Of a stretch of DNA of 32,000 nucleotides, positions 1 through 9,456 are shown piece after piece (position 1 is the stretch's first letter; each line of letters begins with the position of its first letter). Under the pieces are notes generated by a model. The model was not told the origin of the DNA, made no database searches, and saw nothing but the letters and a program-made list of their open reading frames with translations. The stretch comes from Acaryochloris thomasi RCC1774 (GTDB lineage: Bacteria; Cyanobacteriota; Cyanobacteriia; Thermosynechococcales; Thermosynechococcaceae): assembly GCF_003231495.1 (NCBI RefSeq), contig NZ_PQWO01000010.1, positions 120,001 to 152,000 of the forward strand. Reading direction: 5' to 3'. Position numbers and translations under genes: made by a program.

Positions 1-3000
1 TTCCTAGAGGATGTGCTGCGGGTCTATTGCCCCGATCTGCAGATCTTTATCTTTCTCGATGAGATTGATAAGGTTTTGAGCCTTGACTTTTCTCTGGATG
101 ATTTCTTTGCCCTGATTCGCTCTTGCTATAACCAGCGGGCCGATGACCCTGCCTACGAGCGCCTGACCTTCGCTCTATTTGGCGTGGTGGCACCCGCTAA
201 TCTGATCCGAGATAAGGCTCAGACACTCTTTAATATTGGGCAAGCGATTGAATTGACGGGGTTTCAGTTTGCTGAAGCTCAGCCGCTGGCGCAGGGGTTA
301 GAGAGCATTGCAGAGCGTCCGGGAGAGGTGCTGCAAGAGATTTTGGACTGGACCGGCGGTCAGCCTTTTTTAACGCAGAAGCTGTGCCAGGGCATTGCTC
401 GAGCTGATCTTGAGATTAAAGCAGGGCAAGAAGCTGAGGCAGTGGAGCAGTTTGTGAGATCGCAAGTGATCACCCACTGGGAATCTCAAGATCAGCCGAT
501 TCACCTGCGAACCATCAGAGACCGCATCTGCCGCAACCCCCAGACCCTCGGCCAGCTTTTGGGCCTTTATCAAACCATTTGGCAGCAGGGACAGATGGCC
601 ATCGATAACAGTCCTGAGCAAAGTGAGCTACGTCTGTGCGGTCTCATCGTTCAGCACCAAGACCAGCTCCGTCTCTACAACCGCATTTACCGCGAGATCT
701 TCAACCAGCAGTGGATTGACCTCACCTTCAGCCGCCTGCGCCCCTACGCCAGTGCGATCGCAAATTGGGAAGCCTCCCACCGCATTGACGAATCTCAACT
801 TCTGCAGGGACAGGCCCTACAGAGCGCCCTGCAGTGGGCCACCGGCAGCAGCCTGAGCAGCCAGGACTATCAATTCTTAGCCGCCAGCCAAGCCTTAGAT
901 AACAGACTGGTTTTGGCTGCAGAACGCGAAGCGCGACAGGTTCAACTTCTAGAAACACAGCTAGCCGCCGAGAAAAACGCCAAGCAGCAGCTTGCCGATG
1001 CCTATAGAGAAGCCCAGCGACGGCTGCGGCTGGGGTCCGGTATTTTGGCGTTCTCTTTAATCGGGGCGATTGTCTCAACCGGCTGGCTCGGCTATAGCTG
1101 GCGACAGCAGCGTCAATCGCAGGCTCAGGCGCTAGAGTGGGCCGGCAAGAGCGCCCTAAAGCAATTTGAATTTAGTCAGATCGAGGCCCTAATTACAGCA
1201 ATGGAGTCCAGTCAGGTCTTAACGACCCTTGTCTCAGCTCAGCAACTCCGCGAAGATTACCCCACCACATCACCCCTGACGGCCCTGCAGGAAATTCTGG
1301 ACAAAATTGATGAGCGAAACCGCTTAGAAGGCCATGAAGCCAGCATCACTAGCATTCGATTTAGCCCCACCAAAGATCAGATTGCGACCGCCTCCCGAGA
1401 CGGAACCATCAAGCTTTGGACTGTACAGGGCAAGGAAATAAACACGTTCAAGGGTCACCAAGGCGATGTCTACAGCGTCAATTTCCGTCCAGATGGGCAA
1501 CAGTTGGTCACCGCCTCCAAAGATGGCTCGGTTAAGCTTTGGACGCTACGGGGGAAGAACCTGGCAACCTTTACAGGACATCAGGGCGACGTCTACAACG
1601 CCGTCTTTAGCCCCGACGGTCAACGCATCGCCACGGCCTCTCAGGACGGCACCGCCCGCCTCTGGACGCTACAGGGACAGGAACTCATACAGCTCAGTCA
1701 CCCAGGCGACGTCTACAGCATTGCCTTTAGTCCTGATGGTGAAATACTAGCCACCACCTCACGGGATAAAACCGCGAAGCTGTGGACGCTTCAAGGCCTG
1801 GAACTCGCAACCCTCAGCGGCCACCAGGAACCCGTCTTTGACGTCAGCTTCAGCCCCGATGGCCAGTATATTGCGACGGCCTCCGGTGACACACAGGTGA
1901 AGCTCTGGTCCCCGCAAGGCAAGCTCATCAAGACGCTACAGGGACATCAGCGACCGGTCTACGACCTGAGCTTTAGTGCCGATGCTCAACGGTTGGCAAC
2001 CACCTCCGGAGATCGCACCGTCAAGGTCTGGGACGTCCGTAATCCTAAGCAGGCAGTTCTACAAAGAACGCTGGCGGGTCATCGCGGGGCAGTCTATGCA
2101 GCGGAGTTCAGCCCTAAGGGGCAGGCCCTAGCAACCGCAGCCGATGATGAAACCATCGCTCACCTCTGGACGCTAAAGCAGCCCAACGAGCTACCCCGAC
2201 AGGCAGATGCCCAACGCATTACCAGCCGAAGCCTTAGCCCAAACGGACAGTACATCCTCACGGCCCTAAAAGATGGAACGCTATTCCTCTCAGACCGCCA
2301 GGGCCGCAAGCTACGAACCTTTCCTCTTAAGTCAGAAGTGATGACCAGTCTGGCCTTTAGCCCTGACAGTCAAAAATTTGCGGCGGCTTCTAGACAGGGC
2401 ACCGTCCGCATCTGGACGCTGAAGGGACGACAGCCCACCACATTTTTGGCCCACCCCGATACAATTTATCGTCTACAGTTCAGTCCAGATGGCTATCAAC
2501 TGGCCACTGCTTCCAGAGACGGCACAGCTAAGCTATGGACGGCAGAAGGGCAGCAGCTCGCCTCCTTTGAAGGCCATCGCGCAGCGGTCTATGGCGTCAG
2601 CTTTAGCTCAGACGGGCAAAAAATTGCCACAGCTTCAGATGATGCCACCGCCAAGTTATGGACGGTTCAGGGTCAAGAGCTGGTAACGTTAACGGGGCAT
2701 CATAGCGCAGTCCACGACGTTGGATTTGGCCCCCGAGGTCAGCGAATTGCCACGGCGGCAGGGGATGGCACAGCCAAGATTTGGACGGTCCAGGGCAAGC
2801 AGCTAGCCACGCTGAAGCATGAGTCTAGCCTCGTTTATCGGACGAGCTTTAGCCCCGATGGGCAGTATCTTGCCACCGGCACCAAGGATGGCACGCTCGA
2901 AATCTGGAACCGCCAAGGCAAGCTAAAAACGGCCTTCACAGGGCATCAAGATCTGATTCATAGCCTGCAGTTCCTCTCAAATCAAGAGCTACTGGCCATT

Positions 3001-3153
3001 GCCCAAAACGATCTGCAGGCGAAAGCTTGGCCCGTCGAAGAGACGACGCTAGAGCGGACTCAGTTGCTTCTCGGCCAAGGCTGCCAGTGGTTAGCAGACT
3101 ATTTTGCCAGCCATCCCCAAGCGCGCCAAGAGATCTGTCGCTCAAGACAATGA
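1..3153 (+). CDS. STAND/AAA-like ATPase domain, single TM helix and 14 WD40 repeats (5' end lies outside the window)
   Basis: The frame is open to the window edge (codons 1-12 have no stop). IFIFLDEIDKV is a Walker-B-like hhhhDE motif. There is a hydrophobic helix, GILAFSLIGAIVSTGWLGY. It is followed by 14 units of the pattern GH..VY.V.FSPDGQ.IATAS.DGTAKLW. Confidence 0.8.
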   Translation, partial: FLEDVLRVYCPDLQIFIFLDEIDKVLSLDFSLDDFFALIRSCYNQRADDPAYERLTFALFGVVAPANLIRDKAQTLFNIGQAIELTGFQFAEAQPLAQGLESIAERPGEVLQEILDWTGGQPFLTQKLCQGIARADLEIKAGQEAEAVEQFVRSQVITHWESQDQPIHLRTIRDRICRNPQTLGQLLGLYQTIWQQGQMAIDNSPEQSELRLCGLIVQHQDQLRLYNRIYREIFNQQWIDLTFSRLRPYASAIANWEASHRIDESQLLQGQALQSALQWATGSSLSSQDYQFLAASQALDNRLVLAAEREARQVQLLETQLAAEKNAKQQLADAYREAQRRLRLGSGILAFSLIGAIVSTGWLGYSWRQQRQSQAQALEWAGKSALKQFEFSQIEALITAMESSQVLTTLVSAQQLREDYPTTSPLTALQEILDKIDERNRLEGHEASITSIRFSPTKDQIATASRDGTIKLWTVQGKEINTFKGHQGDVYSVNFRPDGQQLVTASKDGSVKLWTLRGKNLATFTGHQGDVYNAVFSPDGQRIATASQDGTARLWTLQGQELIQLSHPGDVYSIAFSPDGEILATTSRDKTAKLWTLQGLELATLSGHQEPVFDVSFSPDGQYIATASGDTQVKLWSPQGKLIKTLQGHQRPVYDLSFSADAQRLATTSGDRTVKVWDVRNPKQAVLQRTLAGHRGAVYAAEFSPKGQALATAADDETIAHLWTLKQPNELPRQADAQRITSRSLSPNGQYILTALKDGTLFLSDRQGRKLRTFPLKSEVMTSLAFSPDSQKFAAASRQGTVRIWTLKGRQPTTFLAHPDTIYRLQFSPDGYQLATASRDGTAKLWTAEGQQLASFEGHRAAVYGVSFSSDGQKIATASDDATAKLWTVQGQELVTLTGHHSAVHDVGFGPRGQRIATAAGDGTAKIWTVQGKQLATLKHESSLVYRTSFSPDGQYLATGTKDGTLEIWNRQGKLKTAFTGHQDLIHSLQFLSNQELLAIAQNDLQAKAWPVEETTLERTQLLLGQGCQWLADYFASHPQARQEICRSRQ
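1324..3035 (+). repeat. Coding tandem repeats of about 123 bp (41 aa) that encode the 14 WD40 blades (two 7-bladed propellers)
   Basis: FSPDG...ATAS.DGT.KLW recurs periodically in the translation. The recurring DNA strings agccccgatgg and ctgtggacg are also visible. Confidence 0.7.
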
Positions 3154-3168
3154 CCGCCCCAGGTTAGA

Positions 3169-4317
3169 GTGAAGACAGTTCTACCCCCGCCTCAGATGTT
3201 ACGACCCCTGTCCCCCATACTTGCGATCGCACTTTTAGGACTGCAAGGCTGCACCGCAATTCAGCCGAGGAATAGCGAGTCTCCACTCCAGCCCGCGACG
3301 ACAGCCCCACCCGCAGTCGATCTGCCCGCAGACAATGAAGACATCGTCAAAGTCGTCGATCAGGTCGGACCTGCCGTCGTTAGAATCAACGCTTCTCGCA
3401 CCGTGGGTCAATCCGATCCCTTCTTTGAGCGGCCTCAAGAACGGACTGAGCGCGGCACAGGCTCAGGCTTTATTTTTGATTCTAAAGGGCTGATTTTGAC
3501 CAATGCCCACGTCGTTGATCAGGCCGATCAGGTGTTTGTTGTCCTCAAAGACGGGCAGCAGTTTCAGGGCGAAGTCCTCGGGGCCGATCCCCTGACAGAC
3601 GTAGCCGTTGTGAAAATTGACGCCCAAGATTTACCCGTCGCCAAACTTGGCAACTCAGAGAACCTCTTGCCAGGACAGTGGGCCATCGCCATTGGTAACC
3701 CCTTGGGGCTGAACAACACCGTCACCGTCGGCATCATCAGCGCCACCGGACGCTCCAGCGCCGCCATTGGTAGTCCTGACCAGCGGGTTGACTTTATTCA
3801 AACCGACGCCGCCATCAATCCCGGCAACTCAGGTGGCCCCCTCCTTGATCTCAGAGGAGAAGTCATTGGCGTCAATACAGCGATTATCAGTGGTGCCCAA
3901 GGCCTAGGGTTTGCGATTCCTGTCGCCGTCGCGAACCGAATTGCCCAACAGCTAATCGCAACCGGGAAAGCCCAGCATGCCTATCTTGGCATTCAGATGG
4001 CAAATCTATCTCCAGAACTGCGGGCGCGGCTGCAGGAGCAACAGCCTGATATCTCACTGCCCGATAGCAAAGGGGTTTTAGTGATGCAGACCGTTCCTAA
4101 CTCGCCCGCTGAGCAAGCTGGGCTTGAGCCGGGCGATCTGATCACTCAAATAAACAAAACGCTCATCGAGGACAGCGAGCAGGTGCAGCAAGTCGTTGAG
4201 GGTACGGTTCCCGGCGATCTGCTTGAGATTGAAGTCAAACGCGAGAATCAAACGCAAGTGCTGCAAGCCAGGGTGGGTGAACTCAAACCGTCCAGCTTCG
4301 AGGAGCGAAATGAGTAG
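3169..4317 (+). CDS. HtrA/DegP-family serine protease with a C-terminal PDZ domain
   Basis: Trypsin-fold motifs are present: TNAHVV (His), DVAVVKI (Asp) and GNSGGPL (Ser). The PDZ-like tail reads [24 protein letters not shown]. The ORF starts at GTG 3169, with an alternative ATG at 3196 that gives a signal peptide ending in the lipobox-like LQGC. Confidence 0.88.
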   Translation: MKTVLPPPQMLRPLSPILAIALLGLQGCTAIQPRNSESPLQPATTAPPAVDLPADNEDIVKVVDQVGPAVVRINASRTVGQSDPFFERPQERTERGTGSGFIFDSKGLILTNAHVVDQADQVFVVLKDGQQFQGEVLGADPLTDVAVVKIDAQDLPVAKLGNSENLLPGQWAIAIGNPLGLNNTVTVGIISATGRSSAAIGSPDQRVDFIQTDAAINPGNSGGPLLDLRGEVIGVNTAIISGAQGLGFAIPVAVANRIAQQLIATGKAQHAYLGIQMANLSPELRARLQEQQPDISLPDSKGVLVMQTVPNSPAEQAGLEPGDLITQINKTLIEDSEQVQQVVEGTVPGDLLEIEVKRENQTQVLQARVGELKPSSFEERNE

Positions 4318-4374
4318 AAACCGGACCTTGCGAACGTATGCTCATTGCCTAGCATAGAGAGCTGGAGCCGCTCC

Positions 4375-5013
4375 CTAGCGGAGGAAACTACTCACCAACC
4401 AAAATATAAACAGAACGGCCACGGTAATCACGGCATCGTCTTGAGCCGCTCCCGCAAGCAGGCCACTTTGATGGAAGCCCTGCAGGAATGCAGCTCCAAT
4501 TAGTCCGCCAATGACCAATGCGGCGAGGGAGAGCAGCACCGCCCGTCCCAGCTTCTGTTCTTTGCGGTTGAGCCAATAGAGATTGATACCAAAGCCAATG
4601 GCGAGCAAGAACTGTAGAACGCTAGGGCTGGCCGCACCGTTCTGCTGAGCCAAGACGCCCACGAGGCCGAGAGCCGCGTAGGTACCGCCCAGTATCGAAA
4701 TTTCTCGGGTGTTGGGGGTATCCATCGTCCGCTGCATCCAGGACGATGACGGGTTCACTCTGGGCAGTGACAGTTTCGGCTGCTTATCCGTGAGCCGCTC
4801 TGCAAACCGGATCCCTTCTGGAACCTTTATTTTGCCTTCTTGGCGCTTACGCAGTCGATCCATAAGAATGGCGTCGTAGGCCACCTCAACCTGCGCTCGG
4901 TTCCGCTCATCGTCTTGATAGACTTTGAACATGCGATCGCGGGCGGATTGGATATCGTCGAAGGTTGCATCTTCTGCAACTTCGAGCTGCTCGTAGGGGG
5001 TCTGCTCGCTCAT
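4375..5013 (-). CDS. J-like domain membrane protein, CPP1/CDF1-like (DUF3353-type)
   Basis: The N-terminus is DnaJ-like without HPD (PYEQLEVAEDATFDDIQSARDRMF). It is followed by about 3 predicted TM helices. The assignment is from memory of the family. Confidence 0.6.
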   Translation of the reverse strand: MSEQTPYEQLEVAEDATFDDIQSARDRMFKVYQDDERNRAQVEVAYDAILMDRLRKRQEGKIKVPEGIRFAERLTDKQPKLSLPRVNPSSSWMQRTMDTPNTREISILGGTYAALGLVGVLAQQNGAASPSVLQFLLAIGFGINLYWLNRKEQKLGRAVLLSLAALVIGGLIGAAFLQGFHQSGLLAGAAQDDAVITVAVLFIFWLVSSFLR

Positions 5014-5311
5014 GCGTTTAATTTATGATTGTCTTTACAGCTTAGCTTGATGATCGATTTTAAGTAATTCTACTGGCTTTGAAAAGCCGCCCTGCTACGC
5101 TCTGCCTTAAAGAAAATTAATGGTTTTCCCGCTGCCTAGCGCGATGGCTTGAACGATTGCGCATCCGTAATTGACCGCTTCTGGAATATACGATCGGGCA
5201 GTTCTTGAGGGTGGGCGATTTGAACCCGGCGTAGACAGATCCCAAAACATTGGTGCGAAAAGGCTGTTAGAGACGTATTGGAAATCCAGGAGATTTACAA
5301 CTTGGGTGTGA

Positions 5312-5698
5312 CTACTGGTAAACCTTGCCGTTGTGCTTGATCCATCCGCCAATATGGCGTTTGGTTGGGTCTTGGTGAGTCCAATGGATGACACCCCATT
5401 CAGGATTCCATTCGTATTCACCATAGAATTCGACATAGTCACCGAGCTGGACGGATTTTACCCTGGGAGCAAGGTCACTGTTGTGGGCAATCAGCAGGGT
5501 TTTTCCTGAACTGAGTTGCACAATAAATCGCTGGTGTCGACTGCCTTCGAGATCATCTGGAAGCAGCTTGACTATATTGCCGTGACTCTTGACCTGGAGA
5601 TCACTGATCTGATTTGTAAACGCATCTTCTAGCTGTCGTACACTGTCATCCATTGCAGCTGAGGTTCCTGAGATACAAGCAAATGAGTACACATTCAC
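5312..5698 (-). CDS. DUF3465-family protein
   Basis: The C-terminal signature is GDYVEFYGEYEWNPEWGVIHWTHQDP..HIGGWIKH. The start is GTG at 5698, with an alternative ATG at 5653. Confidence 0.6.
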   Translation of the reverse strand: MNVYSFACISGTSAAMDDSVRQLEDAFTNQISDLQVKSHGNIVKLLPDDLEGSRHQRFIVQLSSGKTLLIAHNSDLAPRVKSVQLGDYVEFYGEYEWNPEWGVIHWTHQDPTKRHIGGWIKHNGKVYQ

Positions 5699-5761
5699 AG
5701 CTTCGCAGATATTGGATTATTCTCAGCCGCCGATAGTTTTGAGTTACTTTACGATTAAAGA

Positions 5762-6790
5762 ATGCAACAAATCACCATAACCCAACCCGACGACTGGCAT
5801 CTACATGTACGTGATGGTGAAGTGCTGAAGGCGGTTTTGCCGCACACGGTGCGTCAGTTCTCGCGCGCTATCATCATGCCAAATTTGAAGCCCCCCGTGC
5901 GCTCGGTAGAAGACGCGGCGGCCTATCGAGATCGGATTATCGCAGCGATTCCGGCTGGCAGACAGTTTGAGCCTTTGATGACTCTCTATCTCACCGATAA
6001 CACTAGCCCTGAAGATATTATCGCGGCCAAAGCGTCCCAGTTTGTTAAGGCAGTCAAGTACTATCCAGCCGGGGCTACGACCAATTCAGATTTTGGGGTA
6101 ACGGATATTCGGAGATGCGATCGCATCTTCAAAACAATGCAGGAGGTAGACATGCCTCTATTGCTCCACGGGGAAGTAACCGATCAAGATATTGATGTGT
6201 TCGATCGTGAGAAAGTCTTTATCGAGAAATATTTGATTCCTCTCAAACAGCGATTTCCTAACCTGCGGATCGTGCTGGAGCACATCACCACCTCAGATGC
6301 GGTGGAGTTTGTCCTGGCTGCGGACAACGTGGCTGCAACAATCACACCACAACACCTATTGTTTAACCGCAACGTTCTGTTTAAAGGGGGAATTCGACCC
6401 CATTTTTATTGCTTGCCCATATTAAAGGCTGAAGAGCATCGTCAAGCAATTTTGCAAGCTGCGACTTCTGGCAGTCCTAAGTTTTTTCTGGGGACTGATA
6501 GTGCCCCTCATGCTCGCAACAGCAAAGAAACGTCCTGTGGCTGTGCGGGTTGCTTTTCAGCTCTACATGCACTGGAGCTATACGCAGAAGCTTTTGAGCG
6601 TGCTGATGCACTGGATAAACTTGAAGCTTTCGCCAGCTTCTATGGGCCAGATTTTTATCAGCTCCCACGCAATAATGAACAGGTTACTTTGACCAAATCG
6701 ACTTGGCGTATTCCTGATGAAGTGCCGCTTATTAAATCTGAACTCGTGCCCTTGTGGGCAGGGCATGAGATAACGTGGAAAATGGTTTGA
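5762..6790 (+). CDS. pyrC: Dihydroorotase, class II (E. coli type)
   Basis: [11 protein letters not shown] supplies the metal-binding HxH. The motif [10 protein letters not shown] is present, and the length of 342 aa is typical of homodimeric-type PyrC. Confidence 0.92.
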   Translation: MQQITITQPDDWHLHVRDGEVLKAVLPHTVRQFSRAIIMPNLKPPVRSVEDAAAYRDRIIAAIPAGRQFEPLMTLYLTDNTSPEDIIAAKASQFVKAVKYYPAGATTNSDFGVTDIRRCDRIFKTMQEVDMPLLLHGEVTDQDIDVFDREKVFIEKYLIPLKQRFPNLRIVLEHITTSDAVEFVLAADNVAATITPQHLLFNRNVLFKGGIRPHFYCLPILKAEEHRQAILQAATSGSPKFFLGTDSAPHARNSKETSCGCAGCFSALHALELYAEAFERADALDKLEAFASFYGPDFYQLPRNNEQVTLTKSTWRIPDEVPLIKSELVPLWAGHEITWKMV

Positions 6791-7194
6791 TACTGATTCA
6801 GAACGGCTCACGGTAACATCGGCACCAAACAACTGAGTCTGCACTTGCTTAGCTCGTTAAGAGCAAACAACTTTCTACGGTGCAAAGAATTTTTCTTGAG
6901 AAGGATAACGGCTCGGCCATCAGGGGCGCGAGCAAAAACATTTAAAGAGTAACGAGTTGCTTCAGCCGAGCGTCCTTTGCATGGGCTGGTTAGACACAAC
7001 TAGCACTGATAGCAGACTCTTTTGGATCATAACTGACCCACCCAAAACAAGCCCACTTCGCAATAGAAATTCAAAGCGTAACGCGCCTCAACCGAAACAC
7101 TCAGCAATTGAAACTCAGAGAATTAAAGCGAAGCCACCGAATGCTTGAAAGCGAGACTGGGATTTGGATGAAGGTTTAGGAGTCTAACTACTTA

Positions 7195-7361
7195 TTATAC
7201 GGAATTAATCCTGATATACAGTCCCAATAGGTTTTTATATGGATTGTATTCCACATATCATGTCACCACAGGTGTTTATACGGAAAATTTTCTGTATATC
7301 ATCCCGATTTCAGGATCTTATACGGAAAAAATCCGTATATATCCTCGTGTTCTTTAGGATC
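7195..7361. repeat. Four head-to-tail units of 40-44 bp, iteron-like, each opening with a TATACGGA-N5-6-TCYGTATA dyad
   Basis: Units start at 7195, 7235, 7276 and 7318. The best dyad is TATACGGAaaaaaTCCGTATA at 7319-7339. Units 3 and 4 both end in AGGATC. Confidence 0.75.
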
Positions 7362-7414
7362 GGTTTTTCTATGATTGATATCGAGTCGATTATCAATTGG
7401 AAGTCCTGCTCCTT

Positions 7415-8386
7415 ATGGAAGCTCGCCCAAAAAAGCTGCTTGACCAAGTTCGCGACCGACTTCGCGTCAAACACTATGCCTATAAAACGGAAGAGTGCTA
7501 CGTCAACTGGATTCGTCGCTTTATTCTCTTTCACAACAAGCAGCACCCTAATATGATGGGGCCTGTTGAAGTCGAAGCCTTTCTAACTCACCTAGCCGTA
7601 CATGACCATGTGGCGGCGTCCACTCAAAATCAGGCGCTGAGTGCCTTGCTCTTTCTCTATCGAGATGTTCTACATCGAGATCTAGGAGAAAACATTAATG
7701 CCATTCGAGCCAAGCGTTCCCAACATTTACCAACAGTGCTAACGCCAGACGAGGCTCTTGCTGTCATTGCTCAACTCTCAGGCGTTTATCGATTGGTTGC
7801 TCAACTACTGTACGGTAGCGGTCTACGATTAAAAGAGGCTTTGAGGCTAAGGGTTAAAGACCTAGATTTTTCTCAGAACCAGATCTCAGTTAGAGAGGCA
7901 AAAGGGAGCAAAAGTCGGTTCACTATGCTACCCGTCTGTATCGCAGATCCTCTGAAAGAACATTTACAAGGTGTGAAACGCTTGCATCAGCAAGATCTCG
8001 AACAAGGATATGGTTCTGTTTATTTACCCTATGCGCTAGAACGCAAATACCCCGATGCAGATCGTCAATGGATCTGGCAATACGTTTTCCCTTCGAGTCA
8101 GCGCTCAATCGATCCTCGCAGTCAAATGACTCGCCGACACCATCTCAATGAGAGTAGTCAGCAAAAAGCTGTCAAACAGGCAGCTCGAAAAACAGGCATC
8201 AATAAGCGAATCAGTTGCCATACCTTTCGACACAGCTTTGCAACTCATTTGCTCCAAAATAACTATGACATTCGTACTGTTCAAGAATTGCTCGGTCACA
8301 AGGATGTCAAAACGACTATGATTTATACCCATGTTCTCAACAAAGGAGGAAAAGGTGTTCTCAGTCCTCTCGATGCCTGTGCTTAG
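7415..8386 (+). CDS. intI: Integron-type tyrosine recombinase (IntI family), apparently intact
   Basis: The N-terminus reads [33 protein letters not shown]. The IntI-specific insert [21 protein letters not shown]...DPRS...RRHH is present. The catalytic motifs [12 protein letters not shown] and [29 protein letters not shown] are also present. The first ATG is at 7415, and the ORF track starts at an upstream TTG at 7397. Confidence 0.87.
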   Translation: MEARPKKLLDQVRDRLRVKHYAYKTEECYVNWIRRFILFHNKQHPNMMGPVEVEAFLTHLAVHDHVAASTQNQALSALLFLYRDVLHRDLGENINAIRAKRSQHLPTVLTPDEALAVIAQLSGVYRLVAQLLYGSGLRLKEALRLRVKDLDFSQNQISVREAKGSKSRFTMLPVCIADPLKEHLQGVKRLHQQDLEQGYGSVYLPYALERKYPDADRQWIWQYVFPSSQRSIDPRSQMTRRHHLNESSQQKAVKQAARKTGINKRISCHTFRHSFATHLLQNNYDIRTVQELLGHKDVKTTMIYTHVLNKGGKGVLSPLDACA

Positions 8387-8388
8387 CA

Positions 8389-8516
8389 TTCAGAGAGACA
8401 GCAGAAATATCGGTCATCTGAGCGTTCCAGATGATGTGCTTGAGGAGCTGTTGGGGCGTTTGCGATCGCAACGCATGCAAGTGTCCTTGGAAGCGCAAGA
8501 CAGCCAAAAAATATCG
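8389..8516 (-). pseudogene. Decayed, start-less copy of the 3' end of the neighbouring rarA-fusion gene
   Basis: The minus-strand reading ..[29 protein letters not shown] aligns to the true C-terminus ..VRSQMTQQLLNQTITWKTQIAYISAFHSA. Segment 8402-8472 matches 9500-9571 at about 70-75 percent identity by hand alignment. The two share the 16-mer TTGAGGAGCTGTTGGG. A TGA at 8517-8519 bounds the frame upstream. Confidence 0.6.
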
Positions 8517-8538
8517 TCACAAGCAGAGCAAGGTGAAC

Positions 8539-8730
8539 CTACTCAACCAGGCAGTCAGCTTGAACAACCCGTTTGATATCTGCAGTCGTTAATCCATCAG
8601 CTTGAATACAGCTTGGCCTTTGAGTCAGTTCTAGCAAAACCTGTGTTTTCGTTTCTCCAGGCTCCAACGCATCAAATAACGCCCAGAGTGCTTCTTCCGG
8701 TAACTCAGTCAAATTAAGAGTGGCTGTCAT
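8539..8730 (-). CDS. Hypothetical 63-aa protein
   Basis: This is an ATG-initiated ORF only, and I recognise no motif. It lies between the remnant and parE. Confidence 0.35.
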   Translation of the reverse strand: MTATLNLTELPEEALWALFDALEPGETKTQVLLELTQRPSCIQADGLTTADIKRVVQADCLVE

Positions 8731-8828
8731 TGTTATCTTCCTCTTGAGGTTGATAAGTAAAGATTCGGCGAACGCTTCTTTGATTGCAATGATGGAACAT
8801 GAGAATCAGCTAAGTAAAACAATCAAAA

Positions 8829-9128
8829 CTAATTATCAAATAGAGCTGATAAGTCACGATAACCACTGACGACCCTCAAGATCTCAATATCTTCGCCGAT
8901 TGGCATGTATAGAATCAGATAACGTTCAAGGGAAAGGCTGCGCAAGTTAGGCAAAATTTCATTCCGCTGCCGCCCCAGGCTTGGGAATTGAGTGATTTTT
9001 ATAAACTTGTCATTCAACTTTGCTAAAAACTGTTCGGCTCGGTCTAGATTGGACTGCTGTGCGATGTAATCTGCAATCTGCTCAATATCTTTAACGGCAG
9101 GCTCAGTTAGGCGAAATTGAGGAGTCAC
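8829..9128 (-). CDS. parE: ParE/RelE-superfamily toxin (type II TA)
   Basis: The protein is 99 aa. It reads FRLTEPAVKDIEQIADYI...FPSLGRQRNEILPNLRSLSLERYLILY...IEILRVVSGYRDLSALF. It overlaps the upstream antitoxin gene by 4 bp. Confidence 0.85.
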   Translation of the reverse strand: MTPQFRLTEPAVKDIEQIADYIAQQSNLDRAEQFLAKLNDKFIKITQFPSLGRQRNEILPNLRSLSLERYLILYMPIGEDIEILRVVSGYRDLSALFDN

Positions 9129-9394
9129 GTGTTACTTGACTCACGGCGGTCTCGTAAGTTAGCTCGAACCTGAGACATAGCGGTAGGACCATCTATGGTC
9201 TGCCCCTGCTGAGATGCTTCCCAACCGATCATGGCATCTTGCTGTAGCTCACCTAAACGCCCTTGATAGATATCTTCCTGCTGTTGTAGCAGTTCAACTG
9301 CAGCGAGGATCAGATCCTCAACACTTTGATATTTATCACTGTTCAGTTGGCGCTGAACGAAAGCTTCAATCTCTGGAGGAAAGGCAAGTTGCAT
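9125..9394 (-). CDS. parD: ParD-family antitoxin
   Basis: FPPEIEAFVQRQLNSDKYQSVEDLILAAVELLQQQE is a typical ParD N-terminus. The ATG is at 9394, and the track starts one codon earlier at a TTG. The gene sits immediately upstream of parE. Confidence 0.8.
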   Translation of the reverse strand: MQLAFPPEIEAFVQRQLNSDKYQSVEDLILAAVELLQQQEDIYQGRLGELQQDAMIGWEASQQGQTIDGPTAMSQVRANLRDRRESSNT

Positions 9395-9441
9395 CAATAC
9401 GACTCGGGTAAACGGGCTATTTTTTGATCCAGTAAAGTACT

Positions 9442-9456
9442 TAGCTATTATAGCTA
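9442..9456 (-). promoter_or_regulatory. Candidate parDE promoter/operator: the dyad TAGCTA-TAA-TAGCTA with a perfect TATAAT -10 box inside it
   Basis: The minus strand reads gaTAGCTATAATAGCTAag, about 50 bp upstream of the parD ATG. TA operons are commonly autoregulated at palindromes that overlap the promoter. Confidence 0.4.

Noticed and set aside
5205-5240. A tRNA-like T-arm string on the minus strand (GGGTTCAAATCGCCCACC).
   Set aside because: The flanking 5-nt segments (CCGGG / CGCCC) are not complementary. I could not build an acceptor stem or an anticodon arm around it. It is not a tRNA, and at most a very decayed fragment.
5107-5442. A 111-aa minus-strand ORF overlapping the 3' end of the DUF3465 gene.
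   Set aside because: It overlaps a gene that has a clear family signature. It has no recognisable motifs and a low-complexity S/T/N-rich start. It is likely a chance ORF.
6905-6975. The imperfect inverted repeat ACGGCTCGGC ... GCCGAGCGT with a ~45-nt loop, considered as a possible attC.
   Set aside because: There are no RYYYAAC / GTTRRRY cores at its ends, and one arm carries an indel. This is insufficient to call an attC without a covariance-model score.
6990-7150. The minus strand has strings such as GTTTCAATTGCTGAGTGTTTCGGTTGAGG that superficially resemble cyanobacterial CRISPR repeats.
   Set aside because: No unit is repeated at regular spacing anywhere in the window, so this is not a CRISPR array.
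8331-8576. An 81-aa plus-strand ORF that overlaps the intI 3' end and runs through the remnant. A similar ORF lies at 9492-9680.
   Set aside because: The two ORFs resemble each other only because they are the antisense strand of the duplicated rarA 3' end. They are shadow ORFs.
9105-9113. GTTAGGC, a perfect integron core-site consensus GTTRRRY.
   Set aside because: It lies inside the parE coding sequence near the parD/parE junction. I found no partner inverse core or attC-like imperfect palindrome, and a single 7-mer is expected by chance.
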